Assembly (NCBI GenBank): GCA_951406725.2 | Contig: OX597834.1 | Location: forward strand, 33,046,001 to 33,110,000 | Length of the DNA stretch: 64,000 nt | Reading direction: 5' to 3' | From: Octopus vulgaris | Lineage: Eukaryota | Shown: positions 57,467-64,000 of the stretch, one piece after another | Numbering within the stretch: the stretch's first letter is position 1 | How the letters are laid out: every line of letters starts with the position of its first letter | Notes under the pieces: generated by a model | Seen by the model: only the letters and a program-made list of their open reading frames with translations | What the model was told of the DNA's origin: nothing | Databases searched by the model: none | Position numbers and translations under genes: made by a program

Positions 57467-57584
57467 CACACTTTCACCACTGGTAACTAACTTAATTTCC
57501 ACTTTTCTTTAGATTTTTGGAACTTTCCACCGATTAATAAAAAAGAAACAAATAATACGTGTGGAGAGAGAGAGAGAGAGAGAG

Positions 57585-57790
57585 ATGAGGTGGTAGAATC
57601 GTTACGGCGCCGGACATACTGTTTAGGGGCATTTCGTTCGTGTTTATGTTCTGAGTTCAAATTCCACGAGGCCGACTTGGCCTTCCATCCCTTTGGGGTC
57701 GATAAAGTACCAGCTGAACACTAGAATCGATGTAATCAACTTACCCCCTACCCCGAACTTGCTAGCCTTGTGCCAAAATTTGAAATCAAT
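57585..57790 (+). mobile_element. Degraded SINE family B
   Basis: TTCTGAGTTCAAATTCC...CCTTCCATCCCTTTGGGGTCGATAAAGTACCAG. Confidence 0.75.
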
Positions 57791-57817
57791 GTGTGTGTGT
57801 GTGTAAGCTATATATAT

Positions 57818-58046
57818 CATCATCATCATTGTTCGACCGTGGTCGAGACAATGGAATTTACCATGCTACGCCAGACTTCACGGTCCATCATGGCATTACG
57901 GAGGTCCTGTTGCTGGATGCCTGTATCCCTGGAGATTACATCAGGGTAGGAGAGTGTGCGCCCTCTGTTACTGCGAGTAGATGGCTTCCAGAGGAGAAGA
58001 GTAGAAATTATCTCTTTTTCAGCTCTACAACAATGTCCAGCAAACA
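57818..58046 (-). mobile_element. RTE/RTE-X-like LINE 3' end
   Basis: FAGHCCRAEKEIISTLLLWKP...YPDVISRDTG...AMMDREVWRSMV*, followed by a (TGA)n tail. Confidence 0.85.
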
Positions 58047-58186
58047 ATGTATGTATGTATGTATGTATATATGTAAGTATGTATATGTATGTATGTATGT
58101 ATGTATATATGTATGCATGCATGCATGTATGTATGTAAGTATGTATATACGTATATACAATGTATGTATGTATGTATGTATGTATA

Positions 58187-58290
58187 CAGGGTGTCCCAGA
58201 ATTAATTAACAACTTCAGTGAAATCGGACAATTTTTTTTAAAAACTCACTTCTATCTATGTTTATCATCTTTAAAATGTGTTAAAAGTGT
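58187..58290 (+). mobile_element. Tc1/mariner-type terminus
   Basis: TA|CAGGGTGTCCC. No partner TIR found. Confidence 0.45.
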
Positions 58291-58649
58291 ATAAATTTAT
58301 AATTTTGTTCATAATTTTATAATTTTATAATTTTTTTTTTTCTAATTTTTATTTTCAATCCTGTTGGATCCCGCTTATCTGTTCACGACAGCTTTTATTT
58401 TTTTATTTTTTTATTCAATTCGGCTGCAATTATTTTCTCTACCTCCATTCCTGTGACGGAGTAATAGTTTTAGCTGAACTTCAAGAACGCAATTCTGTTA
58501 GCAGAGCAGCAGATAAATCCCGAAATGCTTCAAAAAAGGATAGAACCGGAATTTGCTGGGATACAGACGAAATGCATGGGGAAATTTTTTAACAAAGTTT
58601 TGATGTAAAGTTTATAAATCTATTTACTGTGATATCATAATTAAAAATT

Positions 58650-58944
58650 ACGGAGATGTACTCGCATAGCAAGTGATTTGATCTGAGATCGTGTGCTGAA
58701 ACGGAAACAATTGCAGCGTGGAAGGTGTTTATAAGCCATTTAAGAAACACACAAAAGCCGTTCGATTCACTTCAACATTCGATTCACTTCAAAAATCCGT
58801 GCTGCACGGATTTTTGTCAGTGAACAGGTCGCGGATTTTAGCGACGAAAATATTTTGACAAATTAAACTTAAATGTTGAAGTGAATCGAACGGCTTTTGT
58901 GTGTTTCTTAAATGGCTTACAAACACCTTCCACGCTGCAATTGT
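58650..58944. mobile_element. Fold-back Penelope-like element (IR 58707-58779 and 58872-58944)
   Basis: About 73-bp near-perfect inverted repeat plus an inner hairpin AAAAATCCGTGC T GCACGGATTTTT. Confidence 0.75.
58813..58862 (+). ncRNA. Minimal hammerhead-like motif, G3:C8 variant
   Basis: TTTGTCA GTGAACA G GTCGC GGATTTTA GCGAC GAAA ATAT TT TGACAAA, with a 7-bp stem I and a 5-bp stem II. Confidence 0.7.
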
Positions 58945-59041
58945 GTTCATAATCAAAAAATAACCATAAAAGTCTATCAGGTTTTTTTTCTTAATTTGCC
59001 CTATATCAATGAAATATATATAGTAAATTCTGCGATACCCG

Positions 59042-59104
<63 letters not shown>

Positions 59105-59309
59105 ACAACGAATTGAGGAACGGCCATAATAGGCCATTCGACTCACTATATATATAATCCGAAGATTATATTTTTTTTAAATATGCTAGGGCACTGGTTT
59201 TAATTGATTAATATCAATTTCTACCCTTATTTAATTATATATATATATGTGTGTGTGTGAGTGTGTGTGTGTGTCTGTATATATGTATATATATTTATAT
59301 ATCTATCTA

Positions 59310-59375
<66 letters not shown>

Positions 59376-59651
59376 TGTATGTATATGTATGTATGTACGT
59401 ATGTATGTATGTATGTATGCATGTATTTATGTATAGAAAGAGAGAGAGAGAGACATACACATACACACCTTTATATATTGAATTCGATGTATCCTGTTTG
59501 TTTCACCAAAGCTCTGTGTGTGTGTGCTTGTCTGTGTGTGTGCGTGTATGTGTGTGTGTGAACCATTTTCTTGTAAAACATAATGCACACATACACAAAC
59601 ACTTATATGCTTTACATATTTATACATACGCTTGACACCGACACACACACA

Positions 59652-59697
<46 letters not shown>

Positions 59698-59877
59698 CAT
59701 GTATACGTACATGTATGTGTGTGTGCATGTGTGTAATAGTGTGTGTGTGTAATGTCGTTAGAACGTCTTGGAACCGATCCCAGAATCAGGCCAAACCAAC
59801 AAGAAATCTCTAAGAGGTTTCCTTGTCTCCTTGTAAGAAAAGGAGAGATAAAGACAAACAAGAAAAGGCTGCTTATG

Positions 59878-59931
59878 ACTTCCGGTTTCACTGACGTAGT
59901 TATGTCACGGTTTCCGGTTGAAAGACGTCAT
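59878..59931. promoter_or_regulatory. ETS/CRE-like motif cluster
   Basis: ACTTCCGG, TGACGTAG, TTTCCGG and GACGTCA within 55 bp of CpG-rich unique sequence. Confidence 0.3.
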
Positions 59932-60005
59932 CTTTCGGCCATGTCGTGTCGAGATTTCATGGCTGCAGTCGAGAGCAAAGCAACCGTAGAAAGAATCATG
60001 GATAA

Positions 60006-60062
<57 letters not shown>

Positions 60063-60118
60063 TTGTGTGTGTGTGTGTAAATATATTTATATAGATATCC
60101 ATGCATGTATTATTGTTG

Positions 60119-60153
<35 letters not shown>

Positions 60154-60172
60154 GCTATTAATGTTGTTGTTG

Positions 60173-60239
<67 letters not shown>

Positions 60240-60334
60240 TGTTATTAATGTTACTATTATTGTTATTATTGTTATTATTATTATTATTATTATCATTATT
60301 ATTATTATTATTATAACTATTACTATTATTATCA

Positions 60335-60395
<61 letters not shown>

Positions 60396-61404
60396 TGTTA
60401 TTAATGTTATTATTATTATTATTATTACTATTATTCTTATTCTTATTCTTCTTCTTCTTCTTATTATTATTATTATTATCTTCATTGTTATTATTATTAT
60501 CATCATATAGACGTACAGCGGCATTGTCGTCATCAATACCCTCATCATCATCATTATGATTTTTTTTTTATTTAAAAAATGACAAAACAAACAAAAGCTA
60601 ATTGCTTTATAATCATTACGACAAAGAAAATGGCCGCGGTGGTGGCGGCGGCGGTGGCGGCGGTAGTGCTGGTGAAGCTGTGTTGTTGGTGGTGTCGACT
60701 TTGGTGAAGACGGATATCTTGGCGAGGTGGTGGTGGTGGTGGTGGTGGTGGTGGTGGTGGTGGTGGTGTTGGTGGTGGTGGTGGTGTTGGTGGTGTTGGT
60801 GGTGTTGGTGGTGGTGGTGGTGGTGGTAGCGGTGGTGGTGGTAGCGGTGGTGGTGGTAGCGGTGGTGGTGGTAGCGGTGGTGGTGGTAGCGGTGGTGGTG
60901 GTGGTGATGGTGGTTATGGTGGTGATGGTGGTGGTGGGTGGTGTTGGTGGTGTTGGTGGTGGTGGTTTTGGCGATGGTGGTGGTGGTGGTGGTGGTGGTG
61001 GTGGTGGTGGTGGTGGTGGTGGTGGTGGTGGTGGTAGTGGTGGTGGTGGTGGTGGTGGTGGTGATGGTGGTGATATTACTGCTGCTGCTGCTGCTGGTAC
61101 TTACTAGCAATAAAGTAAATAATTTACAAGAATTCATAGTCTTAGTCGAAATTCCCCATTTCTAAGTTCAAATTCCACCAGCGTCTGCTGTTTTTCTTTC
61201 TCCTGTCCTCATCGATGGGTGCGTGTTGGGTATGGGGTGAGGGGCAGAACTGAGAGTGTTTCAAGGATATTTAGCTGCTATTTCTTGCAGATCGAGCGAC
61301 TATGTCATGTCTCCTATATTCATTTCCTTTGGCTGAGTGTTAATTGTTGACTCAGCTGACAGAAAGATCGATTTGAGGCTTTTCTGGGTTTTATCATATG
61401 GGTG

Positions 61405-61755
61405 GTCATGGCTGTGTAAATAAAAAGCTTGTTTTGCAACAATATAATTTCGGGTTCAGTCCTACTGTACGGCACCCAGGGTAGGTGTCTCTTCTGCGTT
61501 GTGAGTAAATTTGGTCAACGGAAACTGTGTGGAAGCCTATCATATGTATGGATGTGTCTGTTTGTCGCACAATTCCCATAAGAACTGGAGTAAGCTAGTT
61601 TATGTCCCCGTCACTTAGTGGTTCGGCAAATGGGCCGATAAAATAAGAACCAAACTAAAAAACAAAAACGGAAGTGCTGGGGTCGATATGTTTAACTAAA
61701 AACCATCATGGTGGTGCCCCAGTATGGCCGAAGTCCAATAATTGAAACAAAAGAT
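61405..61755 (+). mobile_element. Old SINE family A copy
   Basis: Diverged head GGTTCAGTCCTACTG and tail GTGCCCCAGTATGGCC. Confidence 0.7.
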
Positions 61756-62359
61756 TATATATATGCAGTTATTGTCGCTGTTGTTATTGTTGATGTTGTT
61801 CTTATTCTCCATATTCTTCTTCTTCTTCTTCTTCTTCTTCTTCTTCTTCTTCTTCTTCTTCTTCTTCTTCTTCTTCTTCTTTTTCTTTTTCTTCTTCTTC
61901 TTCTTCTTCTTCTTCTTCTTCTTCTTCTTCTTCTTCTTCTTCTTCTTCTTCTTCTTCTTCTTCTTTGCTTCCTATCTTGATCGGCTTGACCTCCATAGTC
62001 GTTCAATGTTTAAAAAACATCCTTTTCTATTCTCATAATTGAATATTATTTGGAATTGTATAAAAAAATAATAAAAGTATTTTGTGTATTGACGAAGTAT
62101 AAGCAATTTATTGCAGATAAATTTTAACGACAAAATTTTATATGGACCCTGAAGGGCCATATGAACTCTAGTTGACCATTTGGCAACGGCACTGTTACCA
62201 GGTGTTCGCTGAACTCAACCCTGCTCCATTAAATCCTCTGTAGATATAAATACGAGGACCGGACGGATATTCTGCTAGCTGGGTTGTGCGACTGGTAAGA
62301 GGGTTGTGAGCGCTTGAACAAGAGTCCATATACAAGAGTACAAATACAAGAGTCCAAGT

Positions 62360-62623
62360 GCAGATATGGCTGTGTGGTTTAGAAGCTTGTTTCTCAATCA
62401 TGTTGTCTTGAGTTCGGTCCCACTACGCGGCACCTTGAACAAGTATATTCTACTGTAGCCACACCACAGACCGGCCAAAGGGTTGAAAATGGATATTGTA
62501 GAGGAAAAACATATATATTAATACATATATACGTACATACATATATAGATAGAGCCCGTTGGGTATGTATATGTGTGTGTGTTTGTGTGTATGAGTGTGT
62601 GTGTAGATACATATATATGGACT

Positions 62624-62686
<63 letters not shown>

Positions 62687-62900
62687 CTTTGTCTATGAGT
62701 TTGTCCCTCACCACCATTTGACAACCGGTGTTGGTTTCTTTACCTCCCTGTAGCCTATCTGTTCGGAAAGAAAAAAATAACGGTTAGCATAAGTACCAAT
62801 ATAAAAAAAAATAAAATACTGGGGTAAATTTATTTGACTAAACCCTTCAATGTGGTGCCCCAACATGGCCACAGTCCAATGACTGAAGCAAGGAAAAGAT
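62360..62900 (+). mobile_element. Old SINE family A copy with expanded internal microsatellite
   Basis: ATGGCTGTGTGGTTTAGAAGCTTG...GTGCCCCAACATGGCCACAGTCCAATGACTGAA. Confidence 0.75.
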
Positions 62901-63008
62901 GAGAATTAAAATACACTTTGGTCTACCCTTGACTAAGGATTGAATGTCATTTAAAGAAGTGGGTCATATCTACCCATTCCTTCTCTCTCTCTCTCTCTTT
63001 ATCTATCT

Positions 63009-63045
<37 letters not shown>

Positions 63046-63143
63046 CATACATACATACATGCATGCATACATACATACATACATACATACATACATACAT
63101 ACATACATACATACATACACACATACATCTACATCTACCACTA

Positions 63144-63188
63144 TTTGCGCTGATGACGCCTATGGTGGCAGAAACAAGTGTCTTCAAT
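63144..63188 (+). ncRNA. Hammerhead-like core with decayed stem I
   Basis: CTGATGA C GCC TATGGT GGC A GAAA C AAGT GTC. Confidence 0.4.
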
Positions 63189-63552
63189 CAGTCTGTCTTT
63201 TCCTCAGTGATGTACAAATATACTTGATTCTTACGCTTATCTCCCCTTCTTCTAATTTGCAGTTGGCTACACGTAGCGCTAGGAATTCGTTTACATTTCA
63301 GCTGCAGCTAAATAAACATCGACTTACCTCAGGATTTCCTTAGGTAATCGACGAATAAGAGTACATGTTCTTTAATGAGGTGACGACGAGGTGCGACCAT
63401 CCCCCAAAACACAGCTGAAACAAGATTCTCGATTGTTTTCCTGTTTATGAAAACACTTGGACGTTGTCATTCCGTTTGCAATTTCCACGGCTAAAGTCTT
63501 TCAAGATAGACATACATATACATATATATTATATATATATATATATATATCA

Positions 63553-63606
<54 letters not shown>

Positions 63607-63630
63607 GGTGGTGTATATGTATGTATCTAG

Positions 63631-63673
<43 letters not shown>

Positions 63674-63729
63674 TATGTATATATATATATATATGCATAT
63701 ATATATATATATATATACATACACACATA

Positions 63730-63766
<37 letters not shown>

Positions 63767-63889
63767 GCACACAGAAATTTCTGCAAAATTACAGAACTCA
63801 ATTCCTAAGTGTAGATTATTTTTTGTTATATTATGATTAAACGCCTCATAATTTCCAGTGCTCCGTGTCTCATATATCTATCCATCTAC

Positions 63890-63927
<38 letters not shown>

Positions 63928-64000
63928 GTGTGTGTGTGTGTGTGTGTGTGTGAACATTATCAGCGTCACATATTTAATGTAGTGTTGTTGAATGCATTTG

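Noticed and set aside
63263-63343. Exon-like segment with AG/GT boundaries
   Set aside because: Its open frame ends in a stop at the donor and there is no other support.

Overview
AT-rich, microsatellite-saturated eukaryotic DNA. The SINE families are the type I recognise from Octopus (coleoid cephalopod) genomes; this assignment is inferred, not searched. There is no intact protein-coding gene. Almost all ORF-track entries are translations of (TA)n, (CA)n, (TACA)n, (GATA)n or triplet repeats. The unique sequence is mostly mobile-element debris: four tRNA-derived SINE families (about 25 copies or pieces), RTE and Dong/R4 LINE fragments, Tc1 and mariner transposase remnants, Helitron-like elements and a hAT-type MITE. 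The main signal is a set of short elements, mostly in (TA)n tracts and often fold-back (inverted-repeat), that carry minimal type I hammerhead-ribozyme folds, as expected for Penelope-like retroelement termini. Across families the catalytic-core 3:8 pair covaries (C-G, U-A and G-C all occur), and other non-canonical cores (CCGANGA, CUGUAGA) are present. A few weak host-gene candidates are also noted: a twin CRE site, an ATG micro-exon and a frame-compatible downstream exon.
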